64,000 nt of DNA, taken from Flectonema sp. DT1601. Its lineage: Eukaryota. Below the pieces are notes generated by a model, which saw only the letters and a list, made by a program, of their open reading frames with translations, made no database searches and was not told where the DNA came from. Shown here in pieces: positions 34,268-45,969 of the stretch; position 1 is the stretch's first letter, and the number at the start of each line of letters is the position of its first letter. The stretch lies in assembly GCA_964019425.1 (NCBI GenBank), contig OZ025787.1:434001-498000 (forward strand). Reading direction: 5' to 3'. The translations under genes were made by a program, and so were the position numbers.

Positions 34268-34612
34268 ATGTTTAGAAATGCTAACTCGACAGAACTCTCG
34301 GAGTGTGTTCAGCTACTGGAAGTTATTTTAAAATGCAGAAGTGAGCCACCATCACCAACATCATCAACTGTGTCTCGCAGCTCTAGAGCAAGCAGCACTG
34401 AATCCACTTATTCCACAAGGAGTACCGCCAGTGGAAGATCTCTTGCAGAAACAATAGCTCTTGCTAAGGAAAAGAAACTACGAATCCAAAGAGAAATCGA
34501 AGAACAGCAAGCAGCCGATTCCATCCCAAGAAGTATCCTAAAGGCAAGCTCACAAGGCAGTGGTAGCAGAGTCCGTTTTTGTAGGACATTAGATATTACT
34601 TTTTTAAAATAA
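34268..34612 (+). CDS. Small 114-aa Ser-rich protein with SILK and RVxF motifs (candidate PP1 regulator)
   Basis: ATG 34268 downstream of a T-tract and CAG; coding-like composition; RSILKASSQGSGSRVRF near the C-terminus. Confidence 0.65.
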   Translation: MFRNANSTELSECVQLLEVILKCRSEPPSPTSSTVSRSSRASSTESTYSTRSTASGRSLAETIALAKEKKLRIQREIEEQQAADSIPRSILKASSQGSGSRVRFCRTLDITFLK

Positions 34613-36520
34613 TATAAAAATGGGAACCGGTCCAAGTTCAATCCCGACCCTCGATATGACCTGTCGCTTGTTTGATAATATTTATAACAATACAATGATC
34701 TTATTCGATTGTATTGTTTGCATACCCAAATAAGTTTGCTTGTTTCTCTTAATGAATAGCTGTTGGTGGCTAATGTTACTGATGTGGTACGTAACAGTAA
34801 ATTAATAAGAATAAGGAATGATAGACACAAACATGATGAATATTACTAAAAAAACAGACCTATCAAATAGCTGCGGTCTGCTAAAGAGCTTTCTACTTTC
34901 CCCTATTCTGTTCCGATTTGCCCGTAAAAAGTAAGAAACTAATTTCTCTTAACGAGGCGGAGTAGATACTCAGACTTTAGCGTGAAGTAAGAAAACTTTT
35001 TTCTCTTCACGTTTTTTTTTTTCTTTTTATCCCTTTTCCTGTACAGCAAGTATCTGCGTTGGTGAGCCGCTACTGTGTACACCACTATTGCTCCTTCCTT
35101 AGAACACAGACACAAAGTGCATAGTAGGACGTGTGTGTATGGCGACCCAGCTTTGACACACACCAAGCGCAGTTTTGCTGCTGAGGGAAGGGAAAAAAAC
35201 AAATAAGAAAAAAAAAAAAAAAAAAAGAAACAACAACAACCAAAAAAAAAAAAAGATTTTTTATTATTGTATTATAGGTACGTGTTGAATGCAACAAAGA
35301 AATGGGATAGTATCCACACATTATAATTGGCGTAATTTCGCCCAACTCCCTCCCCTCCCCTTGACATAGAAATTGGTTGCGACAATTCTTTTCATTTCGC
35401 ATATCATATATTCTAGTCTTTACGATTTGGTTTGTTTTCTATTTGGTTATTTGACCCTCCTCTAGTAGTTATCTGCCCCCTTCCTTGGTCTTCTTTTTTT
35501 TTTATTTTTTTTCGTTATTTGAAAAAAAAAAAGTCATCACAGGTGTTTAATATATTTCCCCACCTTTTTTTTTTTTTTTTTTTTTAAAAATTATTCCCGC
35601 TGTCAAAACGTCCTCTTTTTTTTTTTCCTCTCTCTCTCTGTTATTCCGTCAAAAAAAAAAAAGAAAAAAATCAATCAAAAAAAGAAAAAAACAAGCAAAA
35701 AAAAATAAAAAATAAAAATAGGAAAGCCATCCACAGCGAATGGGTTTAAATAATTTGATACTAACTATCTATGGGATGGTGAGGGACTTCCTAGGTAGGT
35801 ACCCTGATATTTATATTGGGATGTGATGTGTTTTTATTCAACCTTTGTACTGAGCTCTATCATTTGCTTAACCAGACTGAACCCCAACTTCTCAAACAAC
35901 CCAAACAATAAGTCCCTCAAAGTGCGAGGATCCTTCGAAAGAAGGAGACGGACTCTCTTTTCGTGTTTACTTTTTTCGAATTGTTGGATAGAAGTCTAGG
36001 TTGAGATTATACTTTTTCGTAGTGCTCTGCAAAGGTAAGAATATATCATAGAAGTGCCGTCACTGTTAGTAGTTACTCAGGACCTGGTTAAATTCTAGTG
36101 TGGGAAAATTTTCCCAGTTGGTAATGGGCAATCAAAAAATAAAAATGAAAAAAAGAATAAATAAGATGAAAGGAAACACTGAACGATTTCAAAAGAAAAG
36201 GCTTTTCCCCCCCTCCTCCTTTTTTTCCCCCCTTTGTTTTTACAAAAAAAGAAAATTGTTCACAAACACATTCACAATAGCAATTTAGCTTTTATCCGTT
36301 TAAAAGCTCTAAATTTATAAAGTTTGCATCTTTTACGAAGGTTTGGCAGCTCTTTTTTTTTTTTTAACACCATAGCATTGCACTGACATCGATGTTATTG
36401 TTTTGTGTTTTTTTTTCAGTCGGGTTCCAGTCGGATGACAGCTTATTGTGGCGGAAATCCACTGTTTTTCAACTGTAAGCTCTTTTCCTCACGAGTGAGA
36501 AAGTGATGATCTGCCTTGTT

Positions 36521-36556
<36 letters not shown>

Positions 36557-38564
36557 AATTTTTCTTTTTTCTTTGAACAGTTTTTTCTATTAATTCTGAA
36601 TAATCCAATCTTGTCAGCAACACAAAAAACTGACAAGCGCGAGTTCAGTTTTTCTTTTTCTTTTTTTCTTTCCCCTCTTTTTAAAATTTTATATAATTTA
36701 TGCTATGAAAAACTTTATTCACCTACCGCCATCCCAGAAAATTCGGATTTTCTTTTTTTCCCCCCTAACCTCAACAAAGTGATTGTAAGGGAGAAAAATA
36801 GAATGTTGAGCAGCATTTTTTATTCCTTTAGGTTTTCTACTGGATTTACCGCTACGCGCGACAAACAGCTTTATGAGGTAAAGTTATCGGTACTGGAGAA
36901 TTGCGGGTGTGTGGTTATTGTGTTTTCTCTTTTTTTTTGATGATTGGTGAGTGTGTTGGGTTTCCTTATTGAACTGAATCAGGAATTAGTAGTTTTGAAT
37001 GGATCGATAAATCAATATTTGGTTTAAAAATATCATTCACTACTTACGGTTCCATCATTTTACTCTTCTTCAAACGAGGTGTTACATCCTCTTTCTTGAT
37101 TCGTTCATTCATAGTAGAACGAGTTGGAAGACCTGATGTTGAACACGTATCAAAATGAAGGTAAAGTTGGTGGCCTTCTTTTGTTTTTAAAAAAATAAAA
37201 AAAAATAATGTAAATGCCCCTTTCTCTTCCTTGTTACACAGGGGCATTTGCCATCGTTTTATTCTGTTCGCTTGTTATTCGTACCAAGCGAAATACCTCC
37301 GTTAGCGTAAGAGAGCAGTGAGGAAGTGCAATGCATTTTTACTTCGTCGATTCGCTTTTACTTTTTCGATTTTTTTTAAAATTTTTTTTTTTTTTTTTAT
37401 ATTAATTTTGTAGACCTGCAGCGTTTTACTATAAACGCTTATGGTACACATCCAGGAAAAAAAAAAAAAAACGATTGAAAAAAAACTCCTCTCTGACATT
37501 ACTCCTTTGTCTGGAAGCTGGTTTCCCTTTCCTCCGATCACATGTTTCTGTTAACATGGCAGGTGACAATTATCCGTGATGAGTGTTGTCGGTTAAAAGA
37601 CTACTAATACTTATCTTAATTAAAAAAATAAATAAAAGAACCTTTAGTTATCATTCAGCTTGGCTGTTTGTCCTCACTTTGTTTCCCACCCAACTTTATT
37701 TCCCACCCAAAACCTGCAGCATACGTAGAGGTGAACTGATATTTCTTTGCTTTCGACACTAACAGGAAGTCAGAGTGAATAGACTAATGTAGTCTGTTAA
37801 TATCAGTCAAGTGCTTCTCAGCTGTTATTTCTATTTTATTTTTTTCACAAAAGAGCAGATCCTTCGCTGCTCAGAAGCGAACTTCACGTTCGTTGCTGTT
37901 CTTTGCTTCCAGCCTCTAACAGGAAGCGTGTTGGTCCTCTTTAGTTAGTTAGCGGTTGCTATTTTTTCTGTTGATTTCTTTTTGTTGGAAGTCGAGTACG
38001 TTACGGGGGTCGATTTGTTTTTTTATTTTATTTTTATTTTATTTGTTTTGGGTATTGAATTGGGTGTTAGTTCTCAGTATTACCTTATATGTCTGTTGTT
38101 CTTATTATATTATTTTCTTTTCTTGTAATAACCCTTTTCCTATTCAACCCATCCAATGCCTTTTCTGTTTTTTGTTTCTTCTTCGTGAAGGTATTCTCCA
38201 CAGAGCTTTCTAATGGGGTAGTGGATTGTCGGTTTGGGGCTGTAAATTTTTTTTTTTTAAACTAAAATTCAGGATTCGACGTTGTCGTTTTCAATATTGC
38301 CGTCATTCTCAAAAGCATTTTTGGTACCGTTTTCTACCCGACGTCTATTATTGGTTAGGCGTCGGGTATTGCAACGCATTTTATTCTACCGTGGGTTTTT
38401 CTTATTGTACCTACAAAGCCATTGTTCGGTAGAAAGAGAATTGTTGCAGCGTAACCAACCTATTCCTTTATTAGGATTTTGTACCGGTTGCGAACAAACA
38501 AAACAAAAATGTGAGTAAAAAAAGTAAAAAGGTGAGGTTTACCCAATTCTTTTTTCTAAGAGGA

Positions 38565-39085
38565 CGTAGGCATTATTTTTGAAATTAAAAGATAACACTT
38601 GTTCACAATTTTAAAATTATTTTGAGCTCACTTCCCTCCCTTTTTCCCTGGACACTTTGTTACCTTGCTATTCAGGGATAAAAGCGTTATTATTATTGAC
38701 CTATTTTAGCCTGTGGCCTTCTGTTTTCTTTTCATAAGTAAATCTCTTCACTATTGAGGAGGAGAGCTTTTTTGAAGGTAACGGATGCAAGGTTAAATTA
38801 AAAAAAAAAAAAATCAAGACTGCTGGTATTCTTTTTTTCATTTCCTCGTAGGCAATATTAGAATCAAAGATGACACTTGTTCACAATCTTAAAATTTTTT
38901 TAAGCCCACTTCCCCTCCCCTGTTTCCTTGCCATGCATGGATAATGTTGAACGTTGCTATTAATAACATAACAACTTGTTTTGTCTGCCTTTCTGTTTAC
39001 TTTTTCCCATTTTTCACAAAGTAAATCTCCGAACTTGCCAATTGCTGGCTCGTGAGGAGGGGACTTTTCTGAAGGAGCAGGTATC
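38565..39085. repeat. Diverged tandem duplication, unit ~280 bp
   Basis: GTAGGCA..AAAGAT(A/G)ACACTTGTTCACAAT(T/C)TTAAAATT..CACTTCCC at ~38565 and ~38847; both units later contain AAGTAAATCT and TGAGGAGG..CTTTT.TGAAGG. Confidence 0.75.
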
Positions 39086-39415
39086 GGTTAATATTTCTTT
39101 AAAAAAGTCCCCTTTTTTCTGAATTAAAACATAGAAACATCTTTTTCCTCTTGCCTTCCTCTCACGTAATTTATTGTAGTCTCCCACTATGCATTTTATT
39201 ACTTTTTTTTATTATTATGTTGTGTGGTTCAGACATGCAATCTTTATGTTTATGTGCAGGTAGCTCCTTCAATCATGCTATTTACTCTTTTTCATGTGGT
39301 GGACCATGTTGTTGGAATATCTCAGTGAATTATAAGTAGTAAGACCTTACTGTCTCGTTTTCTTTATTGACCGAACTTTAAATTATTGTTTGGTTATCGG
39401 AACATGTGGAGGTGC

Positions 39416-39446
<31 letters not shown>

Positions 39447-40534
39447 CTGTGTGGCCTTCACTAGTTATGTGTGGGAGTATCGATCATTATTTTTAAACCT
39501 CAGATATTCTTTTTTTTTTTTTTTGTAAAACGAAATGAAAAAAAAAAAATTAAAAAGTTTTTTTTTCCTCCCACCTTTTTAAGTAGGACGCTTGACAGCA
39601 TTTTTCCAGGACTCTTATCATTTTGGTTAATGAGCTTCTCTCCACGCCCCTCCGCTCCCCCTTTTTTTTTTTTTTTTTTTTTTTTTTTGAACTCTCCCCT
39701 CTCTCACCTTTTTATTCAACAACGCAAGGTTAAAAAAGAATATTATTTCTTTAACGTCAAAACTGATTTACCAAATCACCTTCCCTTTCCCCTTGTGGTT
39801 GAGTGTAGGTTATAATTAGTTGAGTAAGCAGGCCCTGAGTGGTGTTGTTTGCTCTGAGACAGATTGAGTTAAGTAAGACATTCACACTATGTGTGTGGAT
39901 TAACTTCAAGTGCAAATGGAAAAGAAAAAAAAAAAAAAATAGCATAGAAGTCTTGCAACTCATTTTCTAGATGATCAATTGTCAAGTATTTCTGTGGAAC
40001 AGACTCTCCTCTAAAAAAAACTCAAAAATAAAAGAGGTCGATTAGTCAGAATCAAACAATCAGACAAAAAAAAAAAAAAAAAGAAAAGAAATAAATAATG
40101 GATAACACGCATGGCTCCCTCATTGTAGGCGAATAGTGCTCAGAAAAGAAGAAAAAAAAAAAAACAACGCAGGCTTATCTTTGTACTTATTTATTTTGTT
40201 TTTCGTATATTTGTTGAAAAAAAAAAAGTCGGTTAAACAGCCTCTCCTCTCAAACCGTTTAATAAATGACCAAAATTGCGGTAATCTTTCTGTTTATTTT
40301 ACCTCTTGTACTGCACATTGAAACATCTATACTTGTGCCACTACGGCGTAAGACGGGGTTACTTTTTCCAACCATTCAATCATTTGTTATAACTGGTTTC
40401 AGATGTCTTTTGACCTCTTTTTTTTTTTTGTTATCGTCATCTCATTTCTGTTACTTTTTTATTTATTTATTTATTTATGTTTTTTTTATTCATATTAATT
40501 TCATACATCTTTTGGAGAGAATTAGAAGAAATAT

Positions 40535-40905
40535 AGTCTCGACCGAAGGGAACCTTAAAATAGATATTTAGGTTATCCCCAGTTGGTATGTGAGAACTCT
40601 CCGTAAGCAATTTTTATCTTTTCTGCAAAGGATCTATATCCTGCAGGAATGAAGCACCTTTACCAAGCTGACGAGATGCTTTATCTGGTATGGGTGTTTT
40701 TTCGGGTCTTTTTAGAATTGAATGGCCATTTTTTTGGGGAGGGAAGTCTTGTGGAATAGAAGGTAAGAATAAAGTCTCGACCGAAGGGAACCTTAAAATA
40801 GATATTTAGGTTATCCCCAGTTGGTATGTGAGAACTCTCCGTAAGCAATTTTTATCTTTTCTGCAAAGGATCTATATCCTGCAGGAATGAAGCACTTTTA
40901 CCAAG
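40535..40905. repeat. Near-perfect 133-bp direct repeat (40535-40667 and 40773-40905)
   Basis: AGTCTCGACCGAAGGGAACC...GAAGCAC(C/T)TTTACCAAG occurs twice, offset 238 bp, with one visible mismatch. Confidence 0.92.
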
Positions 40906-41466
40906 GTACTGTCTAGCTTTGCTGAATAGATGCTCTTTTTTTACGAAAAAGGGCATTTTGTTGATTTGTATATCTCCCACGGTTTGTAACGCAAAACCTT
41001 TATCAAGGTAAGGATAGGCATTTCTTTCTCTTTTTTTTTGCAGTTCAATCCCGAGTAAAGTAGATAGATGTCGGTAAGTACTATAAACATCCTTTATATT
41101 ATTTTTGATATTTCTTTTTTTTATCTTGTCTTTATTACAGTACTCATATGCGTTTGTAAATTTAAGTTAGACACTATCGCAAGAGAGGACCGTCATTCGG
41201 TCCCTCAAATTCCCGAAATATTTTATAGCCTTTGTGTTTTATAGAAAGCTTTCCGTTGGTTTATTTCTATTTTTGTGTATGAGTTTATTGTCGAGGAGGC
41301 GGATTCATGATTGCTCGTTAGAAACGAAGCTCTTTTACCGTAAGAAATTTATAAAAAAAAATTTAACAGAGAAAATAAATAATTAAATAGAACTCTTACC
41401 GACATCATAGATGAGACCATTCCCCTGACGCTTCTCGTTTTAGAGGTCAGTTGGATTCTTCTGACA

Positions 41467-41505
<39 letters not shown>

Positions 41506-42278
41506 TTTTTTTTCTCCCTTCAGTAGTGTGTAGGCAACCTGAGCTTTACTCGGTTCCTTCCTGTTTGTAGCGGTGGAAAAAAAAAAAAAAAAAAAAAGAA
41601 AAAAAACAAGAACAGACAAATACTTTACTTTCCTGACTCATCTCTCCCCTTCTTTGTTGCAATAAAGTAGTGCGGGTGGCATATGGTATTTTCTAGCCGG
41701 AATAACAGGTTTTCCATTCTTACCGAGAATTGTAGTTTTTTGCGTAGGCAAATCCTATTTTTTCTTGTTTTATGTTTATGTTATTATTTTCTTGCCTTCC
41801 TTGTACTGAACAAGGACGTTTTGTGTGTGAGGTAACTACATTCCAATTCCTTCCTACCCTCACAGTCAAACTAATTTATGTTTCTTTTTGCATTAACAGG
41901 TGTACACTGTTGGTTACTTGAGTTGTTGTTTATGTTGTGGTTGCATTTTCTGTTTCGAGTTTATAAAATAAAAGAACAAAAATAAAAAAAATAACTAGTC
42001 TTCTCTGATATGTGAAGAAAAATTTATATCGAGATTTTGCGCCCAACTGGGCAGTGTCAAGGAACTCTTTGTTTGTGTTGCAAGAGTTTGTTTTGGTAGG
42101 TAAATACTTACAGAAAGATACAGTAATTAACTTACATCTTCTGTGGGGTCGTTTTAGGGTTGTTTTTTTTTTTTTTTTTTTGTGCTACTGATTTGCGTCC
42201 TTTGGTTGCCATATTGTTGCTTAGCTGCGTTCTTTTTAAAAAAAAATAGAAACAAGTTTCAACATAATGTGTAGCCTC

Positions 42279-42323
<45 letters not shown>

Positions 42324-45300
42324 GCTTTCAGTTTTTCATTACATTGTCCCCAACACAGTTCGAAAAAAAAAAAAAAGCAGATGCATCTGTGTTGGAGAAA
42401 AAAGGCTAGGTTTTGTCTTTTCTTTTTTCAAAAGTCCCTGCTCTCAGCTCTGCTTCAGGTGAGAGGACATTTGCTGTCCCTCAGCCCCTATTTTTTCCCT
42501 CTCTTTTTTTATATTTATTATGGTTTTTCAATGTACAAAACAAAAATTGGTAAAAAAATAACAAACAGAACTCAAATTGTTTTATTTTTGCGTCGTCACT
42601 TTTATGTTTTTCAAAAAAAAAATGAAATAAAAAAAGTGAAAAGTACTATAGTTATATCTATTTTCAGGAAATCTTTTTGGGAATTATTATACACAAACAA
42701 AGCCACGAAAAAAAAGAGCATTTGCTGGTTTTCTGAAGTTTAAAAAAAAAAAAACCAATTTTTTTTTATCTCTTTAACCTTGAAAAAAAAAACCATTTAA
42801 CAAAAATAAACTTTATCTATTCACATGTAGACCACATGTGAACCATATAGCTGAATTTCAATTTTTTTAATTTTAATTTTATTTTTATTTGTTTTTTTTT
42901 TTTTTATTCAAACCAAAACAACCCACATCTTTACATCTTTTTTTATAATCGGCAATTAAAAAAAAAAAAAAAAAAAAAAAAAACAAATTTGCGACATGCC
43001 CGGCATGTAAACTCGATCGCTATGTTGTCGAGTGTGCTAAGTTTACATACGACTTTCTTTTTTTTAAAAAAAATTTTTTTTTGAGGTCCGACAAAGAATT
43101 CTTTTTGTCAGGATGGATAAGAACATATAGATAGGTAGATCCCATTCTCAAGTTATTGTTTAGAAGCTAGCCTTTAGGTTAACTCATCGTAGCATGAGTT
43201 ATGTGAATCAGACCTTTATTGATTACGTGTGCGGTATTTTACATTTCTACATTACTTGATAATTAGCCCTCCTCGAGTAGTTTCCCCCCCTTTTTTCCCC
43301 TCCTTTTCTTTGATACTCGTGGTAGTGAATAAACTACATTCTGATATAGCTCTATGCGTTTTAAAAGTGTTGGGTTCTGAAACCTTGTTGAATAACAGCG
43401 GTACAGTCCGTAGTCCGACTGCGTAACGGAGTCACACAGCATTATTCTGTATTTTTTTTAAAAAAAAAAATATTTTTGAAATTGGAAAAAAAACGAAAAA
43501 AAACACTAAAATACTTGGTGATCTGACTCTCTCTCTTTCAACCACATTATCGCGGGGTATACATCCTGGTTAGACTTCACTATTTCTTTTTCGATAAATA
43601 AATAAATAAATGAATATTTTTTCAACGTGATTTTTTTTTTTTTTATTTTTTTATGTCTGACTGTAATACAAAATATATAACAGCTTTCTTCCCAGCTGCT
43701 TCTTGAAGTGTATTGGCGTTGAAAGTTTATTCCCCTACTGTAGTAGTTGTAATTTTTTTTGAAAAAAAAAAAAAAAAAACTTTCGTTCGGATCTACTCTT
43801 TTTTTTTTTTTTTTTTTTTCATTTTTTGTAGGCCCCCAATTGCGATTTCTTATTGTTATTTGTGATATTTTTAGGTAAAGTGTTCTCCCAATGTTTTTTT
43901 TTTGTTTGCAATGGAAAGAAAAAAAAAGTTAAAAGCGGTGTATCGCAAATAGCAGTAAAATGCAAACCCGTTTTCTTACACGTACTTATTTGCTTCGACC
44001 AACCCGAACCCCTCAAATGAAACTCCCCCCAGATTCTTTTACGAAATTTGCAGAGTGTTTACCAATACTAATGTAATAGTTGTATTGCCGTAATTATGCT
44101 CACACAGTTGACTCCCAGACTTCGCGCTGTTCCGTTTGTGAGAAAAAAAAATTTAAATTTATATTTTAATATTAAAAATTCAGATATTCTGGTGTTGACA
44201 ATTTAATTTTATATTTGCGATTATCTCTTTTTATTCACACCTTGAGAAAACTACTAATGTCAAGTTTTCAACATGTATTTTTGTGATGTGATTAGTTTTA
44301 TATCTCAGTAGTTGTGGACCGAATGACGGGTTGCACCCACTGTGAGATTTCTTCAGAAAATTTGACTTCCCTTACTTTCGATAAAATGAATAAAATAATT
44401 TTTTACGGCGAACTCTCTTTGTGAGAAAGCTATTGGCGTTGGTCTACTAAGGCACTCTGAAGTATTTTTCGCTGTTAATTACGTGAACATAGAAGTGAAG
44501 ACAGAACAGAGAACACGATGCGAGAGCTACAAAATCAAATTCTCGACTTATGTATTATCCGAATTAACCATTCGAGCAACTATACAGTAAACTCATATTT
44601 AGGGTCCGGCGCAGTTATGACCTTAAACTGACTGTCATCTTACCTGATCCTTTTGGTTTTCATTTCTTGCTGAGTGATATGGCTATGTGCTGCCCAAATC
44701 TTTTGTGGTACATTTCTAAAGCTTTTCGGTAAGCCCACAGTACACTTATAATGCTTTGGACAACTGGGGGTGAACGATCCTCGGTACTGTTCCGGGGTTT
44801 TCTATTTTCTTTCGTGGAGTGTGGGCATATGGCACATGTGGTCGTATTATAAAGAAAGATGTATATGAAAGAAAGAAGATTTTTTATTTTTTTTCACCTT
44901 CCCCCCACTCCCAGATCGTTTCTTTTTTATTTTCTTTTCTTGTTTACAACCTGTTAGCCTCTGGGCAAGGTGGAGGCTGGAAGTCGATCACTTCCAGCCA
45001 ATACTATGAAACTACAATCTTCGCGATTGGGTCCTTACTGATGCGGGCTACCCAGACCCCTCGTAGTCATCAGTTTGTATTTTGCTAACTAACTAACTAA
45101 CTCATATTCTAACTTATGGTTAAATTCGCATTCAGAACTGGTGAATATGAAAAAATTCCTTGTGTGTGGGAAAAAAAAAAAAAAAAAAAAAAAACCACAA
45201 CACCAGATTTGCAATTATGTGTCTATTTTGTTTCTCCTTATTTGCGTTTCTTCTTTGCAGTAACTTGCCTTTTGCCGTTCTGTTGAGTAAAGAGAGCTTT

Positions 45301-45928
45301 CGCTCTCGGCTTGTCAGGTTATTACAGCAAGAGTGTTGGCATAGAACCGGCTACTCGCGCTCTTTTTGTTTTGGCAGATTATTAGTAGGTACGTTTGTTA
45401 TCTGAATATAACAAAGTTGATCTCTCTGAGTCTTTTTTCCCTCTTTTTTTTTTGTTTATTGCTCCTGTTTCTTCCTTTTCTTATTTTATGTTGACATATC
45501 GTCGCAAACTCTTAACGGTTGGGTTTTTTGAAATTAGCTGATGAGTTATGTCAGAAAAAAAAAAGAAAATTTAGTTTTTTTCTTTTAAAAAAAATTCCTT
45601 TTCAGTAAAATAGTATCAATTTTTAAAAAAAAAAATGAATTGTTTAAATTTTCTTTTCACCTATTCTTTTTCTCTTTGTAGTTACTAATTTACGTAACAG
45701 TAGGCAGTCGCGGGACCTCTTTGTGTGTCCTTGTTGTCTGCGTTCCTTCGTCGTCAAATCGGTGAAGGAAGATACATATACATGATTATCCTTAACCTCA
45801 TAAAATAGTAGTAAGCAAGGAGTGAACCCACATCATTGAACGCTTATCCACGAACCTTATGGGGGAACAGAGGTGAAATATATCCCGAAAGGCGGAATCG
45901 AACAGAACTGAAAAAAAATCATTAATTT

Positions 45929-45969
<41 letters not shown>

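Noticed and set aside
34634..34648. GTTCAATCCCG B-box/tRNA T-arm-like motif (also at 41043)
   Set aside because: No cloverleaf or A-box can be built around either site.
36760..36775. CCCTAACC as a telomerase RNA template
   Set aside because: Only 8 nt match, embedded in a C-run; expected by chance and no other telomerase RNA evidence is visible.
44635..44660. CTTACCTG as a U1 snRNA 5' end, or ACCTGATC as a TPP riboswitch core
   Set aside because: No U1 stem-loop I or Sm-site arrangement, and no GCTGAGA/TAATGCC-GCG partners nearby.
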